A DNA stretch of 64,000 nucleotides from contig OX597815.1 in the NCBI GenBank assembly GCA_951406725.2, positions 116,684,001 through 116,748,000 on the forward strand, given 5' to 3'. This document shows positions 40,784 to 55,129 of this stretch, one piece after another; position 1 is the stretch's first letter, and each line of letters begins with the position of its first letter. The translations under genes and the position numbers were made by a program. The stretch is from Octopus vulgaris (taxonomy: Eukaryota). The notes under the pieces were generated by a model. The model ran no database searches, was not told where the DNA came from, and saw only the letters and a program-made list of their open reading frames with translations.

Positions 40784-42061
40784 TTAGGTTGTCAAGAAAG
40801 TTCTTGCGGCTTTTAACCTTTAAATTCAGATGCACATATCTCGGCTCAAGCAAACCTTTATTAATCGAAATAAACACCATCAGATTCAACACACTTTTGT
40901 CAACGCGAAACAAGTTTATTTATGCCAGTAGCGTAAAAATCCTGCGTGATGGTGGCGATGAAGTCTTTGAAGGCGTGTTTGGCATCGTCTTGGTTTTTGA
41001 AGCATTTCTCACACAGGAAGTTGTCGAGCTGCTTGAAAAAGTGGTAGTTGGTATGCAAGAGGTCTAGTGAGTATGGCGGATGAGGCAGAATTTTGTAGCC
41101 TAATTCATTCAACTTCTGCCGGGTCAGTTGTGCGACGTGCAGCTGAGCGTTGTCGTGGAGAAGAATTGGTCCTTTTCTATTGACCAATGCTGGCTGTTGT
41201 TGTTGGAGTTTCTTATGCATTCCGTCCATTTGCTGACAGTACTTCTCCGCCGTAATAGTTTCGCCTGGATCCAAAAAGCTGTGGAGGAGACAGGCCGCAG
41301 GTCACCAAACAGTCACCATGACCGTCTTTTAGTGCAACTTTGGCTTCGGGAAGTGCCATAGAGCTTCGTCGGCGTCCAACTATTGAGCTGAGCATCGCTA
41401 GTTGTCGTAAAGAATCCACTTTTCATTGCAAGTCACAATCCAGTCGAGAAACGGGTCGTTCTTGTTGCATAAAAGAAGGGAAGACGACACTTCAAAACGG
41501 CATTTTTTTTTTTTTTTTTTGGTTGAGGTTCAATTTATGTAGTACCCATTTCTCAAGTATTTTTATTTTTCCAATCTCTTTCAAGTGGTTAGAAATTGTA
41601 TACGTTACGTCTAATTCAGAAGCGAGCTCTCGAACAGTTGTGTGTGGATTGGCTTCGACTAAGGCTCTTAGTTGATCGTTGTCAACTATTGGCCGACCAC
41701 TACACTTATCATCTTCAAGACTCTGGTCACCGCTGCGAAATTTCTTGAACCACTATTGTGCTGTAGGTTTGTTAGTGGTTCCTGGGCCAAACGCATCGCG
41801 AGCTGTTTCAGCAGCTTTTCGGCCTAGCTTGAACTGGAATAAGAAAATAGTGCGAATTTGCTTTTTGTCCATGTTGTATTCAACCTTCCGGAAAAAATGG
41901 CCTAATTATTCAAAAGGAAAAAGAGTAACACGATTAGACAGAGCAAACAACGGTCTTTAAAATGATATATAAAGTCAAAGTAATTTAACGAAAATTAATT
42001 TGAAAATACATTATTTAAAACCAAAATTTAAAATTCCTCAAGAACTTTCTTGACAACCTAA
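40784..42061 (-). mobile_element. Full-length mariner (Hsmar1/cecropia-like DD34D) element
   Basis: TA|ttaggttgtcaagaaagttcttg ... caagaactttcttgacaacctaa|TA. Confidence 0.92.
40861..41872 (-). pseudogene. Mariner transposase pseudogene
   Basis: MDKKQIRTIFLFQFKLGRKAAETARD...PILLHDNAQLH...LPHPPYSLDL...HFF...LVSR*QKCVESDGVYFD*; frameshifts and a premature stop. Confidence 0.9.
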
Positions 42062-42619
42062 TAGAAAATAAAAATCCTTGACTATGTAAACGCAATTTAT
42101 TATTTGCTTCAATTTTAGAGCTTAACGTTAATTTTTGCTGTGAATACGTATCAGTAAAATCCTTCACACATGTCTTTTATAATGTTCAGCGTCTATAACA
42201 ATAACATCTTCAGTCTTGAGTTCCTCTGATGGATTATTGGAATTCTTGTTCCACTTCAAAACTCAATTAATAACCTGGTTTAAATTTCGCAATAGCCTTA
42301 CAATTTTTCAATTGTTTCCGTTCACACTGCGATTCTCGATTTGCCGCCCGTTCATCTTTTCCGTTTTACAATCATTTCTCTGTTTTATAGACGACACCTT
42401 TGTCTGTTTCTTAGTAATGGTAAATTACATAAGTTAACAGTGTATTGTTGATTAAAACATTAAAACATAAATTGTTCACCCTACCTGCAGCGATATGTAT
42501 ATGAGCAGAATCTAAAAAAATGAGAGTTTTCTCGAGAGAGAAAAATCACACTCATACCAAATCTATTTCTGTTTAAGTTGCACCCGTTATTCAGTGCACC
42601 CTAATTTAGTGCTAAATAT

Positions 42620-43019
42620 TCTTTTCTACACTAGGCACAAGGCCCGAAATTTTGGGGGAGGGGACCAGTCGATTAGATCGATCCCAGTACGCAACTGGTA
42701 CTTAAATTATCGACCCCGAAATGATGAAAGGCAAAGTCGATCCCGGCAGAATTTGAACTCAAAACGTAATGACAGACGAAATACCTATTTCTTTACTACC
42801 CACAAGGGGCTAATCACAGAGGAGACAAACAAGGACAGTCAGACGTATTAAGTCGATTATATCGACCCCAGTGCATAACTGGTACTTAATTTATCGACCC
42901 CGAAAGGATAAAAAGGCAAAGTCGGCCTCGGCGGAATTTGAACTCAGAACATAACGGCAGACGAAATACGGCTACGCATTTCGCCCGGCGTGCTAACGTT
43001 TCTGCCAGCTCGCCGCCTT
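42620..43019 (-). mobile_element. Tandem pair of family B SINEs
   Basis: Two successive ttatcgaccccgaaa..gaaaggcaaagtcg blocks with different tails. Confidence 0.85.
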
Positions 43020-43551
43020 AGTGTTAAATATTAATAGCAAATTGTATCCCTTCATAGTTTTAGCTTTGCTCTGTGTATAAGTCTTCCTAGTTTTTTTTTT
43101 TGTTTTTGTTTTTTTAATTTGAATCAAGTATAAAATAAGGCGACTTGTACACGCGTAAATACGGTAAATTATCTTCAGAAAGAAATGGCAACGTGCAGAA
43201 CAAATGAATAATTTTCAGTAGAGATAGAATATCTTACACCGTGTAGTAAAATACGGAACACACATAGAATAGAAAAAGAAACATGTATTTACCAAATATG
43301 AAATGTATATCATAATATTTCTACAAAAGATAAACTCCCACATACACACAATGTAGGGTAAATAAAATAAAATAAAACGTTTCATTTTAGAAAAGGAAAT
43401 CGTTTGATTTCAATGACTCCACACCCCACTTCATCCTCCCACATAGACTGCAAAATTGTTAGGGACGAATTGAGTTCAAATTATTGTTGAAGGTCAAATT
43501 CAAAGCATGACAAACACACACAGAATTAATGTAATATAGATGTCATAAACT

Positions 43552-43947
43552 GGCAATCTTTCGTCTCTAGTAAACCTTTCCGTCGATTTCCGTAAAATTT
43601 TTTTTTTTTACATATGGGCTTGCGGGAACTTTTGAAGTAATAAGAGCGAAAGAGACTAAGAGAAAGCGATTGTATGACGAGGGAAATTCTTTTGAAGTTA
43701 CCGCGTGTGTGTGTGTGTTTGATGGGGTGTGGGAGACAGACAGTATGTTGTGTAAGTGAAGTGCTTCTGTTAGTATGTGTGAAGAGACAGAGTAATGTGT
43801 GAAAGAAAGAGATAACTGAAATTTTTTTCTCGGTGTATGTGTATATGTATATATATTACTTCAAAAGTTCCCGCAAGCCCATATGTAAAAAAAAAAATTT
43901 TTTTTACGGAAATCGACGGAAAGGTCTACTAGAGACGAAAGATCGCC
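43552..43947. mobile_element. Merlin-like MITE
   Basis: Perfect 8-bp TSD cataaact (43544-51, 43948-55); ~90 bp TIRs ggcaatctttcgtctctagta... / ...tactagagacgaaagatcgcc; GG..CC termini. Confidence 0.85.
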
Positions 43948-44642
43948 CATAAACTATTAAATTAATATCAAAATTGCGCACAACCGATCCTAAAAACTGT
44001 TAATTCTAAATTAATTCAACAACCAAATTTTCCCAAAGATGAAAGTATTTTTCGACGCACCCCAAAAACCTTTGCGACACAGCTGCGCCAACATAAATAC
44101 ACAGCGCACATGTCTACTGTAGCATAGTGGTCGATATCGTTTCAGAAGAACAAAATTAAGTTAATATGCAGTCATAAATATTGAAAACAAATTGTCCTTT
44201 AAAAATGAAAGTATATTGCGATAGAAACCGGAAGTGTCGACAGTGGTATACCAAAATTTCATGAAGCACATTTGACATCCTGTGGGAAGGGTTCCTATGC
44301 GAGTTTCAGCAACTTTTATACTCAAACCCTGTCAACCATTCCCTCAATTACATTGATACAAAAGATGACAGCATCCATACACAGACTACAAAAGGGTGAT
44401 AGATACTCGCCAAGAAGAAACTTAGGCAACAAAGTAGGAAGAACGCTGATTTATTAACACGATACCTTCAAAAAGATTTATCATACTTTCATGAGCATGT
44501 ATGGCGAAACAAATGTAGAGATAGTGAAAAAGTATTTCCTAATCTCATTTTGTGCATCTATGACTGTTATGTTTTCCCGTAAATGTGATTGTTTTCATTT
44601 TATATAAACTATACGTTCAGTTTTCACGTTATATTAAATATT

Positions 44643-45040
44643 AGGCGCGGGCTGTGTGATAAAAAGTTTGCTTCCCAACCACATGGTTCCGAGTTCAGTC
44701 CCACTGCATGGCACCTTTGGCAAGTGTCTTCTACTATAGCCCCGGCCTGACCAAAGCCTTGTGAGTGGATTTGGTAGACGGAAACTGAAAGAAACCCATC
44801 GTATAATGTATGTGTGTGTGTCAGTGTGTATGTGTTTGTGTACCTGCGTTTGTCTCCCCACCATCGCTTGACAACTAGTGTTCCTGTTTACGTCCCCGTA
44901 ACTAAGCGGTTTGGCAAAAGAGACCGATAAAATAAGTACTAGGCTTACAAAGAATAAGTCCAGGGGTTGATTTGTTCGACTAAAAGCGGTGCTCCAGCAT
45001 GGTTGCAGTCAAATGACTGAAACAAGTAACAGAAAGAATA
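44643..45040 (+). mobile_element. SINE family A
   Basis: Full-length copy; a partial tail copy follows to ~45272. Confidence 0.85.
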
Positions 45041-47549
45041 TATATATATACACGTGTGTGTGTGTGTTTGTCCCACTACTGCATATCAACTGATGCTGGT
45101 ATGTTTACATCCTGTAACTTAGCGATTCAGTAAAAGACACTGATAAAATAAGTAACAGGCTTTAAAAAATAAGCACTGGGGGGGGGGTTGATTCGTTCCA
45201 TTAAAAATTCTTCAAAATCGTTCTCCAGCATGGCTGCAGTTTAATGACTGTAACAAGTAAAAGATAAAAAGATATGAATATGTATTGAATACCTTTGTAC
45301 GTCACATAATGTTTGTTTGAAATTATGAGATGTCTGTCGTTACTTCTGATTGTATTGCAATATACTTTCATTTTTCAAGAACAGTTTACTTTCCAACGAA
45401 ATGCTACAATAAATTTAGTCTGCCATGAAAAGAGAGAGTTACAGAAATATAGATGCAAATTTTCTGGAAAGTCTGTTTTGTTCTTTCATTTCTTATCACT
45501 GAAAAAGCTCTTCACTCCAAACAATTTAATTTTACAGTCAGATGAAAGTAATGGAACCGTAATGTTATTTGATAACCCTATGTACAATCTATAGAACTAT
45601 AATTTAATGTGTAGACTTTAGCCCTTCAAATCAACTATCTGAATAATAAAGCACTCAACTCTTTAAACAGTTATTAATTCCACTTCCTTTTTATCTAAAT
45701 GTTCAGGTTGGATAACAGACAAATCATCTAATCAAAATAATTAGCTGTTTAAATGTTTCATTCTTCGTATTCCACTTTAAAACTTACTGATATGATGACA
45801 GACCACATGTGCTGAAATAACAAAATATCAAATATTAAACTGTTTCAAAGAGGAAAGGAAAGAAGAGGGAAAATCTTTTTCGTACAAATGACTTCGAAAT
45901 TTTTACATCGGAGTGAATATCACATGATGCTGGTTAATTGCTACCATTTGTTCAATCTGCCTTATTTTCACTGAATCTAACTCTGTTTTAATTAATGGTG
46001 ATTACGTTGTTGTGCTTAGACACCTATTCTAGCATAATAAAGATGATATAGATTCAAACAAATGATAAATGAGTGTCTGCTATAGCACGAAAGTGAACAC
46101 AAACTGCCAGTTGATAAAATCCTTTAAGATTTCTCAGTAATTCGCTCTGGATATACAATCTATGTTCATTTAGAGCTTACCATTATGAAATCTGAGTCAG
46201 TGCTATTGTTTATCATCCACTGCTTTCGGTAAAACGTTTCTTTTTCTGCCCACCATAACTTTTTTTTTTACATTAATCTTACAATCAGCAACGAAGTACT
46301 GTCAAATTCTTCTGAAGAGTTGAAAATTTTTTGAACCAAAGTATGAGAGTCAGTTGAATCAATGTATTTCCATGTAGGAGAACACAAAAACTAAGTTCAT
46401 AGTAAAAAGAAAGCGAAGGTGCAGTTGGTAAATTAGATCGGAACTTGTGTCTATTTATTATGCCTCTGCCTAAAATACTAAACCTCATAGACCTCTTAAA
46501 TTTTGAGAGGCCTACCTGCTCCTTGGCCCAAAAGTAGTCTTGTTCTGCAATGTTTTTTTTTTTTTTTCTGAGGCCCTGGTCGAGTCTGTAAGATATTGGA
46601 CAACCAGTCAGGTATTCACGTTTGTTTCCTATCTTCGCCACGCTTGTTTCCGTAGCCGAAGCACTTATTCCTCAACAAATACCGTTCGCTGAACTGTAAA
46701 TTGATACCTCAAAGTACGAGCAATTTGTCACTATAAAACTGATGTATATTTTATTAGATTTTAGCGTTGAATTCTACTCCTCTTCTGTGTGTATTGCTTT
46801 GAGAGAGAGAGAGAGCGATGGATTCAGTCAGGTTGATTTGACCTTGTTACATCACACAAAACCGGATTCATTGCTTTGGTGCTGAAACTCAACATTAGTT
46901 CCGTGCTGGAGTACATTCACTTCGTTTACGTCACTAATAAATACTCTTGGGAAACTTACTATTTCCTGTTACAGAAACTTCTTCGGTTACATACCTTATT
47001 AACAAAATTAAAAAAAAAGAGATTATTTGATCTCAGATGCTGAAATATTTGCTCAAAGGCTTTTAATAAACGATGTAAACATTTTCATAGTTTGAGAAAA
47101 GATTTCGATATCCATCCGTCCGTCCATCCACTCAACCACCCATCTACCCATCCATCCATCCATCCATCCATCCAGCCAACCAGTTTTTAGTGATCTTATT
47201 CGCTTCATGTACCAAGCTGCTAAAGAGATTTGCATGTAATACTGCAAATTTAAATAATTTATTGATAGGAAGATGGTACTAATGAATCCAAAAACTAGGT
47301 CTTTGGCTTTGTGACAATGCATAGTAATAATAATTGCTTCAAATTTTGGCTCAAGGCCAACGGTTTTAGTGGGAAAACGTTAAGCAATTACATCAATCAC
47401 ATTACTTGACTGGCACTTTATTTTATCGATTCTGAAAGGATGAAAGGCGAAGCGGAACTCGATAAGATTTCAAGTCAGACCGGAAGAGAAGGAATGTGTC
47501 TAAGCATTTTGCCCGACACGCTAACTATTCTAATTGATGACTTGATAAC

Positions 47550-47550
47550 A

Positions 47551-47581
<31 letters not shown>

Positions 47582-47613
47582 TTATAATAATAATAATAAT
47601 AATAGTAGTAGTA

Positions 47614-47675
<62 letters not shown>
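47550..47675. repeat. (TAA)n microsatellite (others at 9675-9734, 10294-10351, 48070-48135, 50545-50592, 51161-51217)
   Basis: Direct reading. Confidence 0.95.
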
Positions 47676-47676
<1 letters not shown>

Positions 47677-48069
47677 GATATTTACCTTTTGACCGACAGA
47701 TTTAAAAAATAATTTTTTGTAACAAAACACTTTCAAACTTCGTATACTGGTAGAATGTGTCACATAAAACATCTTTTACTGTTGAGAAAATTTTGCTTTT
47801 TGGAAGTTATTTTTTGTTAAAGTTGTCGTATTTCGGTAATTTCAATCAATAAATGATATGTATTCATCTGAATAAAATTACTGCCGTTGGTTGAAATTAC
47901 CGAAATACAACAACTTCAACAAAAAGTAACTTCCAAAATACAGAATTTTCTCAACAACGCCAAGAGTAAAAGATGTTTTATGTGACACATTCTACAAGTA
48001 TACGAAGTTTGAAAGTGTTTTGTTACAAAAAATTATTTTTTAAATCTGTCGGTCAAAAGATAAAGATCC
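47676..48069. mobile_element. Almost fully palindromic MITE in (TAA)n
   Basis: ggatatttaccttttgaccgacagatt... / ...aatctgtcggtcaaaagataaagatcc; arms ~170-180 bp; ataataat on both sides. Confidence 0.85.
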
Positions 48070-48078
48070 ATAATAATG

Positions 48079-48134
<56 letters not shown>

Positions 48135-48138
<4 letters not shown>

Positions 48139-48842
48139 CAAAATGAAACCATTGATCATGTTGTCTATGTGCAGTCTTCTTGCGCCTACATAGTATCTCA
48201 ACAGGTATGATAGAACAGCACAATATATTCACTGGATAATTTGCAAAAACCTGGACCTGCCCCATGATAAAAACTAATGGGAACACAAACCACCTCCAGT
48301 GCTTGAAAATGATCACATCTCACTCCTCTGGAACTTCACCATTCAAACTGACAGAAAGATAGATGCGAATAGGCTAGACATTATATTGAAAGACTGCAGA
48401 CAAAAATCATGCCATCTCCTTGATATGACTGTCCTAATCAACACAAATGTAACTGTCAAGTTACCAAAAACTGAGCAAGTATAAAGATCTTGAAATAGAA
48501 ATTGGCAAAATATGGAACAATATGGAATGATAGCAAAAGGGGATGATTCCTACCTAGCTCAGATACCAGGAAACTCTAAAATGGCAGATATTCAAAAGAT
48601 AGTGCTCATGGGAACTGCCCACATCCTACGTAAAATACTGACTACGTAATCTCAAAATTTTAAAAACAAACTCATAATTTTCGTATATTTTCTTAAACAT
48701 TCTCTAGAACAATACTATGTGCAAAACCAAATATATGACACTCTAGGCATAACACCAACATGAACTTCTAACTTGTCGTCTCTTGAGGTTTCTGGGTGAC
48801 ACTTGCAGTCAACTTATACAAATACAAGGCAAAAGTCAAATG
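48135..48842 (+). pseudogene. R4/Dong-like retrotransposon 3' fragment 1
   Basis: LENDHISLLWNFTIQTDRKIDANRLDIILKD...LLDM, KYKDLEIEI, IQKIVLMGTAHILRKIL; preceded by (TAA)n, followed by (GAA)n. Confidence 0.8.
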
Positions 48843-48949
48843 AAGAAGAAGAAGAAAAAGAAGAAGAAGAAGAAGAAGAAGAAGAAGAAGAAGAAGAAGA
48901 AGAAGAAGAAGAAGAGAGGAGGAGGAGGAGGAGCAAGCATTAAGAACCA

Positions 48950-50340
48950 GCTACATCAAGTACAGAATAGACAACTCATCAGAAAGTGATAAGTGCAGAA
49001 TCATTGAAAGAGATAAGATGAATAAACACAAGATGAAAGAAATGTACAGGGAAAAGTATTTGAGGAAACTCGACTTGTGCTCCAATCGAAGCTAAATGGC
49101 TGCTATAAGATTAGAGCAATTAACACGTGGGTGGTTGCTTTGATGAGATATGGGGCAGGAATAGTATCTTGGAAGAAGAATGAATTACAAGAGATAGACC
49201 GGAGAACACGTAAATTTATGACAATGAACAAGGAACTACACCCCAAGAGTGATGTGTCAAGATTGTATGTAAAGAGGAAATAAGGAGGACGGGGGCTGGT
49301 GTGTTGTGAATGTTGTATAAGGGAAGAGGAGAATAGCCTGGCTTGGTATGTCAAGGGGAGTAAAGAAGAAATGATTGAAACAGTGAAAATGCAGGGAAAC
49401 TTAAAAATGGACAAAGCCATAAATCCAACACAATTTATAAAAGACCAGAGGGAGCAGATGAAGAAAATTTGGCAGGACAAGAAAATGCAGTCATTTCTTG
49501 AAGAATAAAGATGAGATTGATTGGAACAGAACCTGGCAATGGCTGCTGAAAGAAGACTTAAAAGGGCCCACTGAGACATTAGTGTGCAGCGCTGAAGAAC
49601 AAGCTCTCGGAACAAACTACTCCAAATATCACATTGATAAGAGCACTGACTCGCCACAGTGTAGGATGTGCTCTAAGAAAAGAGAAAGTATAAGCCATAT
49701 TGTTAGTAAGTGCTGTAAGCTCGTACAACTGGAATACAAAAGAAGACACGTGGCCAGATATGTCCACTGGCTGCTGTGCAGTAAAGCAACCCTTGAGAGA
49801 GCTGAACAATGGTATGAACACAAGCCAGAGGGAATAGTGGAAAACGGACATTACAAAATACTCTGGGATTTTAACATGTAGTGCGACCAAGTCATAGAGG
49901 TGAGACGACTAGATATCGTGCTCATCCATAAAGATGAAAAAGAAGTAAAGATAATAGATGTTTCAATACTAGTCGATTCGAGGGTGAAATGTAGGGAAAC
50001 AGAAAAGATTGAGAAATACCAGTCACTGAGGGACGAGACAGGAAAGTTATGGGGCATGAGGAAAATAATGGTGATAGCGGTGGTAATTGGAGCATTAGGA
50101 GCAGTTTCCAAGGGCTTTGAAAAACATATTAAGAATATTGGAGCTGCTGTCAGGCTCGCAGTGATCCAGAAGATAGCATTGTTGGGTACAGTTCGCATTC
50201 TAAGGAGAGTATTATCCTTTTACGTTACAGGAGAAGGCAGTGATTTGTTATTGCTTGCTTTCAAGTATAGAATAACTGGTAATTGAGAACTATCTGAGAG
50301 TTTTCAGAATAACAAACAACAACAACAACAACAATAATAA
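48950..50340 (+). pseudogene. R4/Dong-like retrotransposon 3' fragment 2
   Basis: LQSKLNG..KIRAINTW...RYGAG, LHPKSDVSRLY, zinc knuckle CRMC...ESISHIVSKC, YKRRH, ILWDF...RRLDIV...IIDV...EKIEKY; multiple stops. Confidence 0.88.
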
Positions 50341-50544
50341 TGGTTTTAAATTTTGCCACAAAGGTAGCAATTTTGGAGGAGGTGATGAGTGAATTACATC
50401 GATCCCAGTATTATTTTATCGACCCCGAAAGGATGAAAAGCAAAGTCGATCTCGGCAGAATTTGAACTCAGAACGTAAAGTGGGACGAAATGCTGCTAAG
50501 TATTTTGCCCGGCATGCTAACGATTCTGCCAGTTCGCCGCCTTC

Positions 50545-50592
<48 letters not shown>

Positions 50593-50594
<2 letters not shown>

Positions 50595-51160
50595 GGTCAA
50601 ACAACTGACAAGCAAATCTGTGGTACTGAGCAGAATATTTACTGTAGCCCATCTTTTATACCAAGACAAAACAATGTACATGATAACACTTCCGATCAAT
50701 TAAGATCAGAAGCCATGAGAGCCACTGCCTGGTACTGCATCAGGGCAGTTGTTTGACCTTAACCAGTTGAGCATGTCCCTTGGTGGCTGACAATATGTGC
50801 ATCTCTGATCACGAGCAGGAGTAATGGAGGAGCATCATAGCAATGTGTTGAGAGGGATTCTTTGGGGTTTGGATAATTCACCCCTGGAAACATGGGTGTT
50901 TCGTTCAACATCCTTAAACAACCCTTATTCGGGGACCTTTTGAGTGGAATGGGCTACTCGATCTGAAGAAAATTCTAACTGGGTCCCACCTGCAAGGTTA
51001 TGCACTGTTTATCTTAATATGAGATCACCATGTTGCGCACATATAGTTGTGAGGTATGTGCCTAGTGTACCCTTATCAGGCGGGTAGTCGTGATGGGTAT
51101 ACTGGGCTTCGTATATTTTACCCCAGTGTCACTTTGCTGCCATACACTGCTCTCTTACTC
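50593..51160. mobile_element. Non-coding insertion in (TAA)n with an apparently inverted first segment
   Basis: Bounded by (TAA)n; 15-bp inverted pair aaggtcaaacaactg (50593-607) / cagttgtttgacctt (50746-760). Confidence 0.5.
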
Positions 51161-51217
<57 letters not shown>

Positions 51218-51218
<1 letters not shown>

Positions 51219-52020
51219 TGGAGGTGGCTCAGCAAAGGTGACCTAAAAAAAGAATACTGAAAGCCTACTCATCGCTGCCCAGGATAGGGCATTGAATACC
51301 AACTCAGTGTAAAGGGATATACAGCACACAAGTGCAACGAACCTCTGCAGAATGCATGGGAAGAAGGTGGAAAGCGTGACTCACATTGTTAGTGCTTGTA
51401 AAAGTCTTGTGCAGAAAGAGTATAAGCGCAGGCACGACAAGGTAACCCAAAACCTTCACTAGCTGCTATGCCGGAAGTATAGATACAACGTAACGAGCGC
51501 TTGGTACTAACATACACCAGAAAAGGTAATGGACGAAAAGGAGAAGGCAAAAATCAACTGGGACTTTGACTTTCAGCCAGACAAGGTATTAGAACACCGA
51601 AGGCCGGATATAGTAACCTTTAGGTGGGACAAACAAGAGTGCCTAATAATCAACGTGGCAGTACCGGGAGATCAGCATATTGTCATGAAAGAAAGGTAAG
51701 ATTGATAAATATAGAGACCTGAGAATTGAGATCGCTAAGATGCGACAGCTACGAGAGTCAAACATAAAGGTTGTCCCTATTGTCATTGGAACATTGGGTT
51801 TACTACCACCCAATCTGAAAGCCCATATGGAAACTTTAGAAGTACCCTACAAACTAGGTATATTGCAAAAATCAGCATTACTTGGAACGGCAGGCATATT
51901 GCGTAAAGTACTGTCTGTCTGAGACCCTTGTCTCAGACAGACAGTACAAACCCCCGGTACACACACTATCTTCGATTAACAACATCACAGTATTGGATAC
52001 TGTAAGTCGTCTTAAAAGAT
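51218..52020 (+). pseudogene. R4/Dong-like retrotransposon 3' fragment 3
   Basis: TESLLIAAQD, CRM...ESVTHIVSAC, YKRRHDKV, WDFDFQPD...RRPDIV, LQKSALLGTAGILRKVL; preceded by (TAA)n, followed by (GAT)n. Confidence 0.85.
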
Positions 52021-52229
52021 GATGATGATGATGATGATGATGATGATAATTTCTTTTATTTAACCTTTGAGAGCAATTTTATCCATCATTTATTCATACA
52101 AAAACAGGAAACCAGTAAAGGCGCGTGGAGTGGAGAAAAAACAAATCGAAGGACATAAGTTTTAAAATTTATGAAAAAAATGAAGCATACAATAATTAAA
52201 AGATTATGATAAAATGCATAATTGGTTAA

Positions 52230-53230
52230 AACAAAATTTTATTTTTAGAAAGGGCAAAACATTTATATGTAGGTGGGAAGCCTCCATCTGCGTTGTTCAG
52301 AGTCCACATGGCGTTCAAGACTGAAAAATATTAGTGGGCAAATAGGGCCTACGTCATGCAGTTGACTGACATGTAAAACTCCATTAAAATTATTGTTGCG
52401 TCGAAGAGGTTCAAAAAACATAGTACGCTCGACACAGCTATTAATTCTTCGTCAGAAAAATTTTAACAGTTCTGAAGTTTCAATTACACATGGTGACTTT
52501 TAGATAATACGCAAAATACTTACAAAGTAAATATAAACTGAGATTATCATGTCAAGGTTGGGAGGATAAGTTAAGGTTTCAAGATACTGATGAGATTAAC
52601 GAATGTGATCTTTGAACCGAACTAAATATTGGAAATTACTTCCTGGTGATGTAAAACTTCCGACAGAAGCCGTTAGATTCATCATCAGGAATAAATAACA
52701 GGATGTCATGTCAAAAGTTTTTCGTATATTGAGTATGGTCAACTGCCTCCTTGATGTCAGAAAAATCCTGTCTTCTTTTTAGCTAACTAAGGATTTTGTC
52801 TTTGAGGCTCCTCGATTTCAGGTTATAACTTACACGTTTGGAATATCACTGTTATTCGTGGGGGATGGTGCAAGTGTATGTATATACGTCTTTATCTTTG
52901 AGTTTAATTTAAGTTCTTATTATGAGAATTCAAGCCGCTCACTAACAAAGGGACAAGACTTTTTGAGTTAAGAGAGTTCCTTTTGTTTGTAAATATGTGG
53001 TTGAGTTGGTGTGTTGTTTGAGCTGTTGACTTACACGCCCAAGTGTGTGCATCTATTCACCTAAAGAATCTCAGATGGAGAATCTTTGGAATGTCTTACA
53101 AATCTTCACTGTATCACTAGCATCAGTTTCTTTTGCTCTTTCTTCGAAAAACCCAATATTTCTAAGTTTTTTGTGTAAATTTGTTGGTACATAACCTAAT
53201 GCACCTATAATGATAGGTGCAAATGAGAAT
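52230..53230 (-). pseudogene. Old Penelope-like fragment
   Basis: Broken PLE-type motifs on - strand (LLVSERLEFS, IRKTFDMTS..PDDESNGFCRK, KITFVN.SVS.NLN). Confidence 0.4.
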
Positions 53231-53922
53231 TTATAGTCAGGATACAAGAGTTATAAGTTCCGCATTATGTATGTATGTATGTATGTATGTATGTATGTAC
53301 ATATGTATGCATGTATGTATGTATTTAAAAAAATCTTCTTGCACAGGCATTGCACGATAACAACATTGTTCATGATTGTTGATATTGCTGTGAGTCTCAA
53401 CTGAATGGCCTGCTGTAGCCTTAAAAAGCAAATAAAAGTCACATTCGATCACAGCACCAATAACAGTTAAGCTTCGTGCAATGGCCATACTCGATAACGA
53501 GGGGCAGCCATCATCATGTATGTATGTATGCATGCATGCATGCATGCATGCTTGTCATTCTTAGAAGAGCAGAGCCCATAACATTTTTCTAAGGTTTCCG
53601 TGGAACAAATGCGTCCCCCACCAAAAAAAAAAAGAAATCCCACCGCTAATTGGTTATTCTCAGACTGATAACCTACTCCGAAAGCTAAAGGTTCCCAATG
53701 GCCATATGGTTTTACTAAAGTGGACGATGATTTGAATCTTCTACCAAAGAAATGGTACGGTCCTACTTAGTTTCTGTCGACCAAATTTTACTCTTTAAAT
53801 GTGGGTTGATCCAAGATGTTGCACAGTGAGATCGCACCCGGAAACAAGTATTTGCAAGCGATTTTTTTTTAACAACGCTACCATTTCTGGTACTGTACAC
53901 ACACACACACACATATATACGG

Positions 53923-54927
<1,005 letters not shown>

Positions 54928-55129
54928 ATTCGGTGAGTAGTTCATGAATCTGAAAAGAAACATACTCTAAAACATTAGAGGTGTTATATTTAAAAGATCG
55001 TTGGTTGCGGCCAGTCAGAAAGTGACCATTGGTTTCGCACCTACAAAGCTCTTAACATTATAGGTAACTCGTCGAATTCTATGGCAATGTATAATTATAC
55101 ATATATGTGTGAGTCTGTGTAAATAGTAT

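Noticed and set aside
45700-45720. Candidate next hemicentin exon (cag|GTTGGA); also aag|GTGACA near 59335
   Set aside because: In-frame stop within a few codons and no similarity to the expected continuation.
46285-46641. 118-aa ORF containing KFRSNLP and GLR, reminiscent of ribosomal protein L35a
   Set aside because: Only two short words match and the sequence between them does not; it includes a poly-A run and looks like repeat remnant. Would need BLASTX support.
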